A stretch of DNA of 64,000 bases from Candidatus Zipacnadia bacterium (GCA_029820565.1 JALGUR010000009.1:1787-65786), one strand, 5' to 3'. Shown: positions 9,859 to 19,766, counted from the first letter of the stretch. A program made the numbers and translations. Notes: generated from the sequence alone by a model not told the origin.

Positions 9859-10932
9859 TCAGTCCAGCAGCAGATCGCTTTCTCGGAAAATAATGGCCCG
9901 AATCCAGGCCTCGGGCGCCTCGCGCTTAATGTAATTGACGCAGTAGATAGTACCGTCAGGCAGTTGTGCCCAGCCGGAGTAGCCGCTGTCCGGATAAGGG
10001 CTGTTATCATAGTCCAGCATCATAATGCGGTTGGTCTGGCGCTGGATATCGCGCTCGGGACCCGGGCCGCGCAGCAGCGCGCTGTCCACTTCCTCCAAAT
10101 AGGCGCACAGCCGCTGGGCGCCAAATGTCAGGCCCAGGTGTTCCCGGTAGGTGACCAGCACCCGGCCGCTGGCCAACAGGCCGGCCGTAGGCCGGTGGCA
10201 GCCGACCATAAACGTAGGATAGGGCCCTTCCCAGGTCAAGCCGCCGTCGCCCGAGAAGCACTTGAAGCCGGGATAATTCAGCATAGAATCCTCTCGCATA
10301 TAGCAAATGAGCGTCCCATCGGGTAGCAATAGCACGCTGCCCTCGTCATGATTATACTTCCCGTCATCGGCGATAGTTATCGGGCCATCCCAGGTGACAC
10401 TGCCATCGGTGCTGCAATACACGAACACGGCGAGTTTGCCCGTCGCCGCATTGCGCCAATGGGTGGCAACCAACAGCGTGCCGTCGGCCAGTTCACAGGG
10501 CTTGTCTGGCATAATGCCCGGGATCCCGGTCGGCTGCCGCTGACTCCAGGTCTCTCCCTCGTCTTCACTCCACCACAGGTAGTTAACCGGCCCATACTCG
10601 CCCGTGGCTGACTCCGAACGATGCCAGATCAGATCACACACTGCTACCAAGCGGCCATCATTCAGCACGCGCATACGAGGGCAATTGTACGACCAGTACT
10701 CTTCGGCTTTCACCTCGGCGGCGTGCGGGCCTACAGCCACCACGATGCGGTCGCTCCAGGTCTGGCCCTCGTCGTCGCTGAGCCGGGCGACAACCCGCGA
10801 GTATTCCCGGGCCACGTGCCAATCGGCCTCCCGGTACATAACCACCAGCCGCCCGGACGGCATCCGCACCAGGTCCGGGAAGGCTTCGTAGACGCTGTCG
10901 TCTCGGGAAACTACGCGGTATTGTAGGGCCAT
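9859..10932 (-). CDS. BNR/Asp-box repeat protein (sialidase-like), no signal peptide
   Basis: Asp-boxes SDDEGQTW, SEDEGETW, STDGSVTW, SGDGGLTW. ATG 10932 lies 1 nt after the TAG of the upstream gene. The longer 11052 start would overlap that gene. Confidence 0.8.
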   Translation of the reverse strand: MALQYRVVSRDDSVYEAFPDLVRMPSGRLVVMYREADWHVAREYSRVVARLSDDEGQTWSDRIVVAVGPHAAEVKAEEYWSYNCPRMRVLNDGRLVAVCDLIWHRSESATGEYGPVNYLWWSEDEGETWSQRQPTGIPGIMPDKPCELADGTLLVATHWRNAATGKLAVFVYCSTDGSVTWDGPITIADDGKYNHDEGSVLLLPDGTLICYMREDSMLNYPGFKCFSGDGGLTWEGPYPTFMVGCHRPTAGLLASGRVLVTYREHLGLTFGAQRLCAYLEEVDSALLRGPGPERDIQRQTNRIMMLDYDNSPYPDSGYSGWAQLPDGTIYCVNYIKREAPEAWIRAIIFRESDLLLD

Positions 10933-10933
10933 C

Positions 10934-11716
10934 CTACTGGTCCTCCTTTGGCTTTTCGGCCCAGTGGCGGATTCCTGCCTGCAGTTGCCCGCACAGACTG
11001 GGATTGTGCATAGCCGCCGTCCCCACCGCCACCGCATCCGCGCCAGCCTCAATTACTGAGCGTGCTTCCTCTGGCGTCTTGATTCCGCCACCGATAATGA
11101 GGAATAGGTCAGACTTCCTGAGCCGACTGATGGCCTGCAGACCCTCTTCACTAACCGCGTTACCAACATTGGCATGGACGATTTGGACTCCCACCTCGGC
11201 CATCACATCAACGGCTTGCTTAGTATCCGGCGTGTCATGCACTCCTATCTTTGCGATGAATGGCTGAGTAGTTGCGGCCAAGATTGCTGCGAGGTGCTCG
11301 CGCAGTCGCGGCCAGTTCTCGCGGCGCAGCAGGGCCGAACTTAGGCCTCGGCTGACAAACATCTCCATCGTTGAGTGCAGGCAAACTGAGATATAATCAG
11401 CTCCGGCATCCTCCGCCGCGACCAGGAAATCAACGGTATCATCCAGGTTGATGCTGGCCACGCTGACGCCTACCGCCGCGCCGCTGTTGCGGGCAGCCGC
11501 TACGTGTTCCTGCAGGTAACCAGCGTAGTTATGCCGGCCGGATTTGAATACGAAGTCGGGACTGTACGGCACGTCGTCGCCGGCGTCAACTATGTAGGTG
11601 CCCAGCACGACCAGGGCCGCGCCCGCACCGTGCTCCGCACAGTACGGCCCGTCACCATGCCCACCTAACTCAGCCAGTACCACTCCGTTCTTTAATCGGT
11701 CAAAAGAATGGACCAT
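10934..11716 (-). CDS. TIM-barrel protein, DHOD/Dus-like FMN-oxidoreductase fold (tentative)
   Basis: 260-aa ORF with alternating beta/alpha pattern and a C-terminal IIGGGIKT..GADAVAVGTA phosphate-binding signature. The exact family is not recognised. Confidence 0.5.
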   Translation of the reverse strand: MVHSFDRLKNGVVLAELGGHGDGPYCAEHGAGAALVVLGTYIVDAGDDVPYSPDFVFKSGRHNYAGYLQEHVAAARNSGAAVGVSVASINLDDTVDFLVAAEDAGADYISVCLHSTMEMFVSRGLSSALLRRENWPRLREHLAAILAATTQPFIAKIGVHDTPDTKQAVDVMAEVGVQIVHANVGNAVSEEGLQAISRLRKSDLFLIIGGGIKTPEEARSVIEAGADAVAVGTAAMHNPSLCGQLQAGIRHWAEKPKEDQ

Positions 11717-11749
11717 GTTACTCTACTCTCCCGTCGTGTACGTGTTTGG

Positions 11750-13390
11750 CTAATGCCAGAAGTGTCTCATACCGGTGAAGAGCATCACCAGGTTGTGCTC
11801 ATTAGCGGCGGCGATGATTTCTTCGTCGGCCCGTGAGCCGCCGGGCTGGATGATGGCACTGCAGCCCGTAGCGGCGGCGGCATCTAAGCCATCGCGGGCC
11901 GGGAACATCGCGTCCGAGGCCAGTACCGCCCCTTTTGCCCGATTGCCGGCTTTGCGGGCGGCGATTATACAGGAGTCCACGCGGCTCATCTGCCCCGCAC
12001 CACAGCCCACCAGCCGCCTGTCCTGCACCAGTACAATGGCATTGCTCTTCACGTGCTTGGCGACCTTATCAGCGAACAGCAGCGACTGGAGTTGTTCAGG
12101 CGTCGGCTGCTTCTCAGTGACAATCTCAATGTCATGGGGCGCGGCAAACTGAGCATCCGGGCTCTGCGCGACTACTCCTCCGGGAATCTTCTTGATATCC
12201 CAGTCTTTATGCTCATCCGGGGGTGCAAAATCATCCAGCAGCATAATGCGCAGATTCTTGTGTCCGCGTAGTATCTCTAAGGCTTCGTCGTCATATCCGG
12301 GAGCCACAATTGCCTCCACAAATGCGCCAATAATCGTAGACTCATCATCGCCGGATTCACTACGATAGCGCGGTTCAATGACTTCGCGCAGAAAATCTTT
12401 ACTGCCAATTCCCTGGGCGGTGGGCACATCAATGATGCGGTTGAAGCCCATCACTGAGCCGAATGCCGAGATGGGATCTGATGCCCACGCATCAGCGAAG
12501 GCATCGGCAAGGGCGTCGGCGCTGGCCAGGCCGCAGGGATTGAGGTGCTTGATGATGACGGCGGTAGGCTGGGGGAAATCGCGGGCCGCGGCGAGAGCGG
12601 CGGTCAGGTCCAGATAATTATTGAAGGACAGTTCCCGCTCGCCGTGGATTTTCTGTGCGCGGGCCAGTCCGGACTCGGCGGCGCCAATCTGGGCATATAC
12701 GACCGCTTGTTGGTGAGGATTCTCGCCGTAGCGCAAATCACTGCCCTGCTTCTGATACCAGGGCGCGAAGTACCCGGGGAAGGCACTGGGCTCCTCGGCG
12801 AACTGCTGGGAGAGGTACTGAGCGATAGCCGCATCATACTGACCCGTGTGAGCAAAGACCTCCAGCGCCAGGTCCCGCCGGGTCTGCTCACTTAGTGCTC
12901 CGCCGTTAGCCGTCATCTCAGTGATGATGTCATCATAGCGCTGTGGATTGCACACCACCGCCACGCTGCGGAAATTCTTGGCCGCCGAGCGCAGCATAGT
13001 GGGCCCGCCGATGTCAATGTTCTCCACCGCCTCCGCCAGAGTGACATTAGGTTTGGCAATGGTTTCTCGGAACGGATACAGATTGACTACGACCAGGTCA
13101 ATCAATTCAATCCCGTGCTCTTCAGCCTGCCGGATATGCTCAGAGTTGTCGCGCAAGGCCAGCAGCGCGCCGTGAATCCTGGGGTGCAGGGTCTTCACCC
13201 GCCCCTCCATCATCTCAGGAAAGCCAGTATAGTCCTCCACTGCCTGCACGGGCACGCCCGCCTCCTCCAGCGCCCGCTTGGTGCCCCCAGTAGAAAGTAT
13301 CTGTATGCCCATTTTATGCAACTGCTGGGCAAACTCGGCAACATCGGTCTTGTTGGAGACACTTATCAAAGCCCTTTGAATCTTGCGCAT
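11750..13390 (-). CDS. purH: Bifunctional AICAR transformylase / IMP cyclohydrolase
   Basis: MGS-like N-terminus (ALISVSNKTD..LSTGGT), KTLHPRIHGAL, and the AICARFT domain through the C-terminal RHFWH. Confidence 0.97.
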   Translation of the reverse strand: MRKIQRALISVSNKTDVAEFAQQLHKMGIQILSTGGTKRALEEAGVPVQAVEDYTGFPEMMEGRVKTLHPRIHGALLALRDNSEHIRQAEEHGIELIDLVVVNLYPFRETIAKPNVTLAEAVENIDIGGPTMLRSAAKNFRSVAVVCNPQRYDDIITEMTANGGALSEQTRRDLALEVFAHTGQYDAAIAQYLSQQFAEEPSAFPGYFAPWYQKQGSDLRYGENPHQQAVVYAQIGAAESGLARAQKIHGERELSFNNYLDLTAALAAARDFPQPTAVIIKHLNPCGLASADALADAFADAWASDPISAFGSVMGFNRIIDVPTAQGIGSKDFLREVIEPRYRSESGDDESTIIGAFVEAIVAPGYDDEALEILRGHKNLRIMLLDDFAPPDEHKDWDIKKIPGGVVAQSPDAQFAAPHDIEIVTEKQPTPEQLQSLLFADKVAKHVKSNAIVLVQDRRLVGCGAGQMSRVDSCIIAARKAGNRAKGAVLASDAMFPARDGLDAAAATGCSAIIQPGGSRADEEIIAAANEHNLVMLFTGMRHFWH

Positions 13391-13555
13391 GGTAGGTTTG
13401 TCCTTTCAGTGCATAACTGGTGCCGCAGACATTTCGGGGTAATACGCAACACTGCCAAAAAGAAGGTGTAGCGTCGCTGCTATCATGCTATTCTCCTGGG
13501 TCAGAGCAATACCTTCTTATGAAGGTAGGGGATTGGCAAATTGCGCCAGAGGGGT

Positions 13556-14581
13556 CTAAAATTCATACTCGCGGCGGCGATGGAGTAGGTAGAGGAAGAA
13601 CGGTGCGCCCAGCAGCGAGGTGATGATGCCGATGGGTATCTCGCCGGCCAGGTTAGCCACCATGTCAGATAGGCCGAGTACAATCCCGCCGGCGAGGAAG
13701 CACAAAGGTAGGAGAATGCGGTGGTCGGGGCCGACCATCAGGCGTATCAGATGAGGCACTACCAGGCCGACGAAGCCAATAATGCCGGTGACTGCTACCG
13801 CCGCCGCCGCTAACAGCGAGGCTAAGACCAGTAGTATCAGTTTGACTCGCTCAACTGGTATGCCCAAATGATGGGCTTGCTCGTCACCCAGTAGCAAGGC
13901 ATTTAGGTCGCGGCTATAAGCGTAGACAATCACGCTGCCGACTACAACGTAAGGCAGGACCATCCACACCTCCGGCCAACCCCGGTTGGCCAGGCTGCCC
14001 ATCATCCAGAAGATGACCAGGTCCAGGTCGCCCTGCTGACCCCGAACCAGGATAAACGAGGAGATCGCCGAGCACAGCGAGCCGAGGGCAATGCCCGTAA
14101 GTAGCAGCAGCGTGATAGGAGTACGTCCACCTCGTCGGGACAGAAAATACACTGCCACTGACACCAGCAGAGCGCCGAGGAAAGCGGCCACCGGAACCGG
14201 ACTCACGCCTAAAATCCACCAATTCAGCCCTAACATTATTGCAGCGGTGGCCCCGAGGGTCGCGCCTGCTGACACGCCCAGGATAGACGGGGCGGCCATC
14301 GGATTCTGGAAAAAGCCCTGCATAACGCCGCCGGCCACTCCTAAGGCTGCGCCTACCAGTAGCGCCAAGATCAACCGCGGCAGGCGGATGTTCAGCACTA
14401 TGGCTTGCTCGGCTTCAGAGGCCTGGGGGGCCAATCCGTGCAGGCCGGGAAGGGGACTGAGCAGTATTCGCATAGCCCGGCCAGCCGGAAGTGGCGACGG
14501 CCCAGTAGCCAGCGAGACCGCGACTGTAGCCACCAATACTATGGTGAGGCCGGCGGCGACAACCGTGTACCGCCCTTTCAT
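13556..14581 (-). CDS. FecCD/BtuC-family ABC transporter permease
   Basis: 341-aa polytopic protein with typical FecCD motifs (RLPR.., ..GIIGFVGLVVPH..). 4-nt overlap with the upstream ATPase gene. Confidence 0.9.
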   Translation of the reverse strand: MKGRYTVVAAGLTIVLVATVAVSLATGPSPLPAGRAMRILLSPLPGLHGLAPQASEAEQAIVLNIRLPRLILALLVGAALGVAGGVMQGFFQNPMAAPSILGVSAGATLGATAAIMLGLNWWILGVSPVPVAAFLGALLVSVAVYFLSRRGGRTPITLLLLTGIALGSLCSAISSFILVRGQQGDLDLVIFWMMGSLANRGWPEVWMVLPYVVVGSVIVYAYSRDLNALLLGDEQAHHLGIPVERVKLILLVLASLLAAAAVAVTGIIGFVGLVVPHLIRLMVGPDHRILLPLCFLAGGIVLGLSDMVANLAGEIPIGIITSLLGAPFFLYLLHRRREYEF

Positions 14582-15390
14582 GGCTGCGGCCTCCCTTGCT
14601 CAAGCCCGGCCGGTAGCAGGCTGACCCGTGGCTTCCCACCCGGCCCGATGTCTACCTGCACGGGCGCTCCGTAGACCTGGCGCACCATCTGCTCACTGAT
14701 TATCTGTGACCCCGGCCCGTCGTCATACACCACTCCGTCCTTGAGTACGACAATCCGGGGACAGTACTGGGCGGCCAGGTTCAGGTCGTGAGAGACGCAT
14801 ATAATGGTCATATCCTGGTCGGTATTAAAACGCTTCAGCAGTTCAAAGATTTCGCGCTGGTGGTTGAGGTCCAGAAAGGCCGTAGGCTCGTCCAGCAGCA
14901 ATACGTCAGTCTGCTGAGCCACAGCCCGGGCGATGGTCGCCCGTTGCATTTCGCCGCCGGAGAGGTCAGTGATGGGGCGATCGGCCAGGTGGGTTACGTC
15001 GGTCAGGGTCATAGCCTGCTGGGCGATCTGCCCATCGCCGGGTCGCTGAAACTGCAGTCGGCCCAGATAGGGGGTGCGGCCCATCATCACATAATCACGC
15101 ACGGTAAAGGGGAATATGCTGCCGCTGAGTTGGGGAACCACCGCTATCTTTTGGGCTATTTGGCGCCGGGTGTAATGAGCCAGAGGCTGGCCATTCAACA
15201 GGACTCGTCCACTGCGCAGCGGCAGTATGCCAGTTAATGCGCGTAGTAGTGTGCTTTTCCCCGAGCCGTTGGGTCCGATCAGCCCCACAAATTCTCCCTG
15301 CGCCACGTCCAGCGTCACATCCCGTAGCACATCCTCATCATCATACCCACAGACTATCCCTTCGGCTGCCAATGTATGCGCGTCATCCAT
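14578..15390 (-). CDS. ABC transporter ATP-binding protein (BtuD/FepC-like)
   Basis: Walker A GPNGSGKST, signature LSGGEMQR, Walker B LLLDEP. ATG 15390 is preceded by GAGGGG and overlaps the stop of the binding-protein gene. Confidence 0.9.
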   Translation of the reverse strand: MDDAHTLAAEGIVCGYDDEDVLRDVTLDVAQGEFVGLIGPNGSGKSTLLRALTGILPLRSGRVLLNGQPLAHYTRRQIAQKIAVVPQLSGSIFPFTVRDYVMMGRTPYLGRLQFQRPGDGQIAQQAMTLTDVTHLADRPITDLSGGEMQRATIARAVAQQTDVLLLDEPTAFLDLNHQREIFELLKRFNTDQDMTIICVSHDLNLAAQYCPRIVVLKDGVVYDDGPGSQIISEQMVRQVYGAPVQVDIGPGGKPRVSLLPAGLEQGRPQP

Positions 15391-16420
15391 CGTCTTGCCC
15401 CTCATAGCATTGAGTGGCGCGAGCCAGCGCTACGCTGATCGTTTCAAGCCCATCAATAAGTCGCGGGCCGGGGATGGTGACCAAATCATCATCTATTATG
15501 TAGACCTGTCCCTGCTTGACCGCCGTCACCTGCTGCCAGCCGGGATCAGTCTTTAGCCGGTGCAGTATCTGCTCCGCCTCGGCGGCTTGGGCTTTTCCAT
15601 GAGCGGCTGTGGAGATGATTGCCTGGGCATTGGCAGCTACCACCGCCTCCCGCGAAATCTGTGGCCAGGGCTTTTTCTGGTCAACGTTAGTGATTTGCCG
15701 CACGGCATTCTCGCCGCCTGCCGCAGTTATCATATCGTTGACAAAGCTGGTGGCCCCAGCCACGAACAACGGCTCCCAGGACAGCACAAACAGCACCCGC
15801 AGCCGGATACCAGACCGACCAGACGCCTGCCGCAGCACCGTTTCGTAACGCTCCCGCAAATCCTGCGCGGCTTGCTCGGCCTGTTCTTGATGGCCGGTGA
15901 CTTCTCCCAGACGGCGGACCAGTTCTATTACATCGGGCAGCGTCTGCGGGTCGTAGCCCAGCACGCTGATGTCCAGTTCCGCCAGCCGCCTGATGAAGGC
16001 CATATCATTGCCCCGGCTAACGAGGACTAAGTCGGGTTGTAGGCCCACAATCTTCTCCAGACTGGGGTTGATGATTCCCCCGACCTTGGCTTTAGCCGCG
16101 GCTTCGGGAGGGTAGTTGCAGAACTCGGTAACTCCGACCAACTGGTCAATAGCCCCCACCAGCGCGATTATTTCCGCTAAGTTCGGCTGCAAGGTAATGA
16201 CACGTTGGGGTGGCCGGGCAAGGGTCACGGTATTGCCCAGGTCATCAGTGAAAGTCCGCGGCCAAGTCTGAATGGCCGGCGAGACGGTGGAATTGGGGAG
16301 GTGCGCCTCGGGCAGTGGGCCAGAGGGCTGCCTGGAGGTGCGGCAGCCTCCCAGCAGTAAGACAGTGATGAAACCTACCAGTCCTAACTGTTTGCCAATT
16401 GACCATTTCACTGTGAGCAT
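15383..16420 (-). CDS. Lipoprotein periplasmic binding protein, BtuF/cobalamin-siderophore class
   Basis: Lipobox LLLGGC. RVITLQPNLAEIIALVGAIDQLVGVTEFCNYP is typical of class III (BtuF-like) binding proteins. Sits in the riboswitch-controlled operon. Confidence 0.85.
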   Translation of the reverse strand: MLTVKWSIGKQLGLVGFITVLLLGGCRTSRQPSGPLPEAHLPNSTVSPAIQTWPRTFTDDLGNTVTLARPPQRVITLQPNLAEIIALVGAIDQLVGVTEFCNYPPEAAAKAKVGGIINPSLEKIVGLQPDLVLVSRGNDMAFIRRLAELDISVLGYDPQTLPDVIELVRRLGEVTGHQEQAEQAAQDLRERYETVLRQASGRSGIRLRVLFVLSWEPLFVAGATSFVNDMITAAGGENAVRQITNVDQKKPWPQISREAVVAANAQAIISTAAHGKAQAAEAEQILHRLKTDPGWQQVTAVKQGQVYIIDDDLVTIPGPRLIDGLETISVALARATQCYEGQDDG

Positions 16421-16449
16421 ACCTCCCCACTATGACTCTGGTATCTTCT

Positions 16450-17175
16450 CTACTCCAGATCATAGGCGCTGTCATCAGCCGACAGGTCAGCCAACGAACC
16501 ATCATAGGTACTGACATTGAACTTCTGTGTAGCCGCTTTAGCATGCCCATCGCAATAGGCCACATTCGCCGTCTGATTATGTCGGAAATGGACATTGGGC
16601 CCAATCCAGGTATACATCGGGTCTCCGGGGGCGCGCAGGTAGTTGTTCTGGTTAATGCCCGTCCCGCTGAACGAGTCCCAAATGGCACTGTCGCACAACA
16701 TCACCGTCTCACTGGGGCGGGCGATACTTCCCAGTGCCGCCGGGGTGAGACCATCGTCAGGTGAGCCGCCCACATAAGAAGCATTGTAAGCGTAGCCACT
16801 GTACGGTCGGCCCCAGGACTGCAACTCGCCAACGGTGGGGCACAGAGTGATCTGCTCATTCAGCGTATACGGCCCAATCAGGCCCAGCCGGTGCGTCCCA
16901 TCCGACCAGTTAACATAGAAATCCCAGGCCGATTCCCAGCTCCAGTCAGGCGCCATATCGTAGGCAAAGGGCATCCTATCGTCGTAGTCCTGGGCGTACA
17001 TCATAAAAGCCAGGGCTAGTTGTTTGACATTGGACAGACAACTGGTCTGGCGGGCCTTTTCCCGTGCGTGAGCGAAGACCGGGAAAAGGATGGCGGCCAG
17101 GATAGCAATTATCGCTATCACTACTAACAGTTCTATCAATGTGAAGCCAGTTTTCTGGTTGTGAAGTCTCAGCAT
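16450..17175 (-). CDS. Prepilin-type N-terminal cleavage/methylation protein with H-X9-DG motif (DUF1559-like pseudopilin)
   Basis: Class III signal ..KTG|[24 protein letters not shown] with Glu at +5. C-terminal [15 protein letters not shown] matches H-X9-DG exactly. First gene downstream of the cobalamin riboswitch. Confidence 0.85.
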   Translation of the reverse strand: MLRLHNQKTGFTLIELLVVIAIIAILAAILFPVFAHAREKARQTSCLSNVKQLALAFMMYAQDYDDRMPFAYDMAPDWSWESAWDFYVNWSDGTHRLGLIGPYTLNEQITLCPTVGELQSWGRPYSGYAYNASYVGGSPDDGLTPAALGSIARPSETVMLCDSAIWDSFSGTGINQNNYLRAPGDPMYTWIGPNVHFRHNQTANVAYCDGHAKAATQKFNVSTYDGSLADLSADDSAYDLE

Positions 17176-17248
17176 TGTTATCTCCCCATAATTAGTGTTT
17201 GGTTTAGGTACTGATACGTCTGTTATTCAATTGTCTGGAGCCGAGAAG

Positions 17249-17277
17249 CAAAAACCGCCGCTTCTCAGGGCGGCGGT
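17249..17277 (-). terminator. Intrinsic terminator (riboswitch expression platform)
   Basis: Minus strand CCGCCGC-cctgagaa-GCGGCGG followed by TTTTTG, located between the riboswitch aptamer and the first ORF. Confidence 0.75.
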
Positions 17278-17324
17278 GGTCGTTTAGCCAAAGAACTCAC
17301 CCCCCTCCCGCGAGAGGATGTAGT

Positions 17325-17490
17325 CAGTCGCTTACGTGGCAGTCTCCTGGCTTACGGATCGTCCTACTCCCCGTGCCTTCCCAAGGTAACGGCTCCTCAG
17401 TGGCTTGCTACGGGTTTCGTCCCCGATTACAGTTGCGGGGCAGCGACGGCTTCGCACCGTCTTCCTGCTCACACAAGCAGTTGTTATTCA
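17325..17490 (-). promoter_or_regulatory. Cobalamin (B12) riboswitch
   Basis: The minus strand contains GGTGCGAAGCC, GCTGCCCCGCAACTGTAA, the B12 box GCCACTG..GGGAAGGC, and AAGCCAGGAGACTGCC, in canonical order and spacing. Confidence 0.85.
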
Positions 17491-17499
17491 GTTTTGGTC

Positions 17500-17528
17500 A
17501 GTATATCAGGTCGCGCCTTCCTTGTCAA
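17500..17528 (-). promoter_or_regulatory. Sigma70-type promoter of the riboswitch operon
   Basis: Minus strand TTGACA-17 nt-TATACT, about 10 nt upstream of the aptamer. Confidence 0.6.
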
Positions 17529-17664
17529 GAGCTATCTCGCGGCAGCTACCAACTCAGAAATCAACCTCGCCAGGGGCTCGTTTGGCGCAAGGGCACTTAT
17601 GGTGTACGCGCTCCCGCTCATCCCTGGCGAGGATTAGTTATTAGCGATCAATCTATCGGCCGGC

Positions 17665-19003
17665 TTACTCAATATCGGGCAGGCTTGCCAGAGCCTCCTG
17701 GATCTTCGCTTCGGGATACTCGTAATCCACCAAGTCCCCAGTCAGATAGGCATCGTAAGCGGCCAAGTCAAAGAAGCCGTGCCCACTGTAGGCGATGACT
17801 ATACACTTCTCTTCGCCGGTTTCTTTGCATTTCAGGGCCTCGTCAATCGCTCCCTTGACACAGTGCGCTGTCTCGGGGGCCGGTAGTGAGCCTTCGGTAC
17901 GGGTGAAAGTTATCGCGGCCTCAAAGACCTCATTTTGGTGGAAGGCCCGGGCTTCAATAACTCCCTGATTAACGAGCAGACACAGCAGCGGCGCATCGCC
18001 GTGATAACGTAGGCCGCCCGCATGAATTGGCGGCGGCACAAAACTATGCCCCAGGGTGTACATCTTCAGCAGGGGCGTAAGTTCGGCCGTGTCGCCGAAG
18101 TCATAGCGGAAAGGCGCTCGGGTCAGGGTCGGGCAGGCGGTCGGTTCGGTGGCGATAATGTCAATGTCCTGGCCGTCCAATTTGTCCTTAACAAAGGGGA
18201 AACACTGGCCGGCAAAGTTAGACCCGCCGCCCACACAACCTCTCATCCACCATGGCCAGTTGTTTTTTCAGCTCCAAGCCCACAATAGTCTGGTGCAGCA
18301 TCACGTGATTGAGCACGCTGCCCAGGGCATACTTGGCTTCCGGGTCACTAACGGCATCCTGGAGAGCCTCGGAAATGGCAATCCCCAGGCTGCCAGGCGA
18401 GTCAGGGTCCTGGGCCAGGATGGCACGGCCTGCCTCGGTCCTGTCGGTGGGCGAGGGGAAGCACTCCGCGCCCCAGGCCTCCATCAGCATCCGCCGGTAG
18501 GGCTTCTGGTCGTAACTAATCCTCACCATATATACAGTGATATCCAAGTCAAACAGGGCCCCAGCCAACGATAGGGCGCTGCCCCACTGGCCGGCTCCGG
18601 TCTCGGTGCAGATCCGCTTGACCCCTTCTTGCTTGTTGTAGTAGGCCTGGGCCACCGCCGTATTGGGTTTATGGCTACCCGCCGGGCTGAAGCTTTCATT
18701 CTTGTAGTAGATGCGGGCCGGCGTGTCCAGGTATTCCTCCAGCCGGTACGCTCGGAACAGTGGGCTGGGCCGCCACAGCTTGTAGATCCGCAGCACTTCG
18801 TCGGGAATATCAATCCACCGCTCCATGCTCACTTCCTGCTTGATGAGCTCCATCGGGAAGATGGGCGCCAGGTCCTCCGGGCCGATAGGCTCACCGGTAC
18901 CCGGATTCAGGGGTGGCGCCAGCGGCGCGGGCAAGTCCGGATTGATATTGTACCACTGTTGAGGCATTTCACTTTCGGGCAGGATAATCCTTGTGTCATT
19001 CAT
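17665..19003 (-). pseudogene. trpB: TrpB2-type tryptophan synthase beta-like PLP enzyme, interrupted by a frameshift
   Basis: Two ORFs (18218..19003 and 17665..18246) together cover a complete TrpB2. The first has the PLP-lysine region ..[12 protein letters not shown]... The first ends ..[16 protein letters not shown]. The second resumes at [11 protein letters not shown] in another frame. The junction lies at about 18231-18250. Confidence 0.85.
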
Positions 19004-19198
19004 CGCTAACTACCTCCTTAAGATGTTTTCTGGGCAAATCACTTGGCACATAGCCGTCTACTTTCCACTGTTGCTTATACACCACTATTATTGTATATTC
19101 CTCCTTCATATTACTTTTCCCTGCTTGCTATGAGGAGTAATCAATATATGTTGCCCAAAAAGCAAAAGGCCGCGCACCTGCACTGAGGCCCACGACCT

Positions 19199-19236
19199 TA
19201 AACAAAAGTCACGGGCCAGGCGAGCCGGCCCATGAC
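19199..19236 (-). terminator. Intrinsic terminator-like hairpin
   Basis: Minus strand GTCATGGGCC-ggctcgcct-GGCCCGTGAC followed by TTTTGTTT, about 185 nt downstream of the 101-aa ORF stop. Confidence 0.5.
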
Positions 19237-19419
19237 TATAATAATCTTACCTTGCCTAACCTATCAAACCACAGCCGGGGCCGACCCGCTGCTGGAAGCG
19301 TCGCCAAGCCCACTTGCATCGCCACCCGATTATGCTTGTGGAAGTAATTGAACCCATGGTCATCGCGTATCGCGAACTACAATAGCACAAGAAGGCAACT
19401 TCGTCAAGGCCTGGGGAGC

Positions 19420-19725
19420 TCACCCCCGTCGCCAGAGGGTGCCGGTGGGGGTGTCTTCTAAGATGATGCCCTGGGCGGCCAGTTGGGTGCGGATTTCGTC
19501 GGCGCGGGTGAAGTTGCCCTCTTGCCGAGCTTCCTCACGTTGGGCGATCAGAGTCTTGATTCTCTCTGTATCAATAGCGTCCAACAGTCGTTTGATAGCC
19601 TCTTCATTCCGAAGGGGGCCATGCACGTGGATATGGCCGTCTTGCGTCTGTATCACAACCAAGTGTTCAACTATCTCGCCTTCAACGGGAATGTCTCTCT
19701 TCTCGGAGCAAAACGGGCATTGCAT
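19420..19725 (-). CDS. Small protein: CxxC/HxHxH N-terminal module fused to the CysRS C-terminal domain
   Basis: Own RBS (GGAAGGAG, 9 nt before the ATG). The C-terminal half IKTLIAQREEARQEGNFTRADEIRTQLAAQGIILEDTPTGTLWRRG matches the conserved extreme C-terminus of cysteinyl-tRNA synthetases. The N-terminal MQCPFC..HIHVHGP is unrelated. Confidence 0.7.
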   Translation of the reverse strand: MQCPFCSEKRDIPVEGEIVEHLVVIQTQDGHIHVHGPLRNEEAIKRLLDAIDTERIKTLIAQREEARQEGNFTRADEIRTQLAAQGIILEDTPTGTLWRRG

Positions 19726-19766
19726 ATTGCGTCACTCCTTCCTGTGATGCAAACAAGCCTTAGCCG

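Noticed and set aside
13391-13555. Possible ZTP (pfl) riboswitch upstream of purH, and likewise upstream of glyA
   Set aside because: Searched both leaders for the GGGTCGTGACTGGCG and CCGCCTGGGC blocks. Only a fortuitous CTGGCG is present.
18996-19109. 37-codon uORF (MKEEYTIIVVYKQQWKVDGYVPSD..) overlapping the trpB2 start codon, as a Trp attenuation leader peptide
   Set aside because: It has only one Trp codon and no tandem W. No alternative terminator/antiterminator lies between it and trpB2. It has a weak RBS. It could be a chance ORF in an AT-richer leader.
19237-19419. Possible T-box or trp leader between the small CysRS-C ORF and trpB2 (GGGTGGCGA, a TTGACG-17-TATTGT promoter-like site, and a terminator hairpin)
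   Set aside because: The T-box core (GGGUGGUACCGCG) is not matched beyond GGGTGG, and no specifier-loop or Stem I features were found. The hairpin is better explained as the terminator of the upstream cysS unit.
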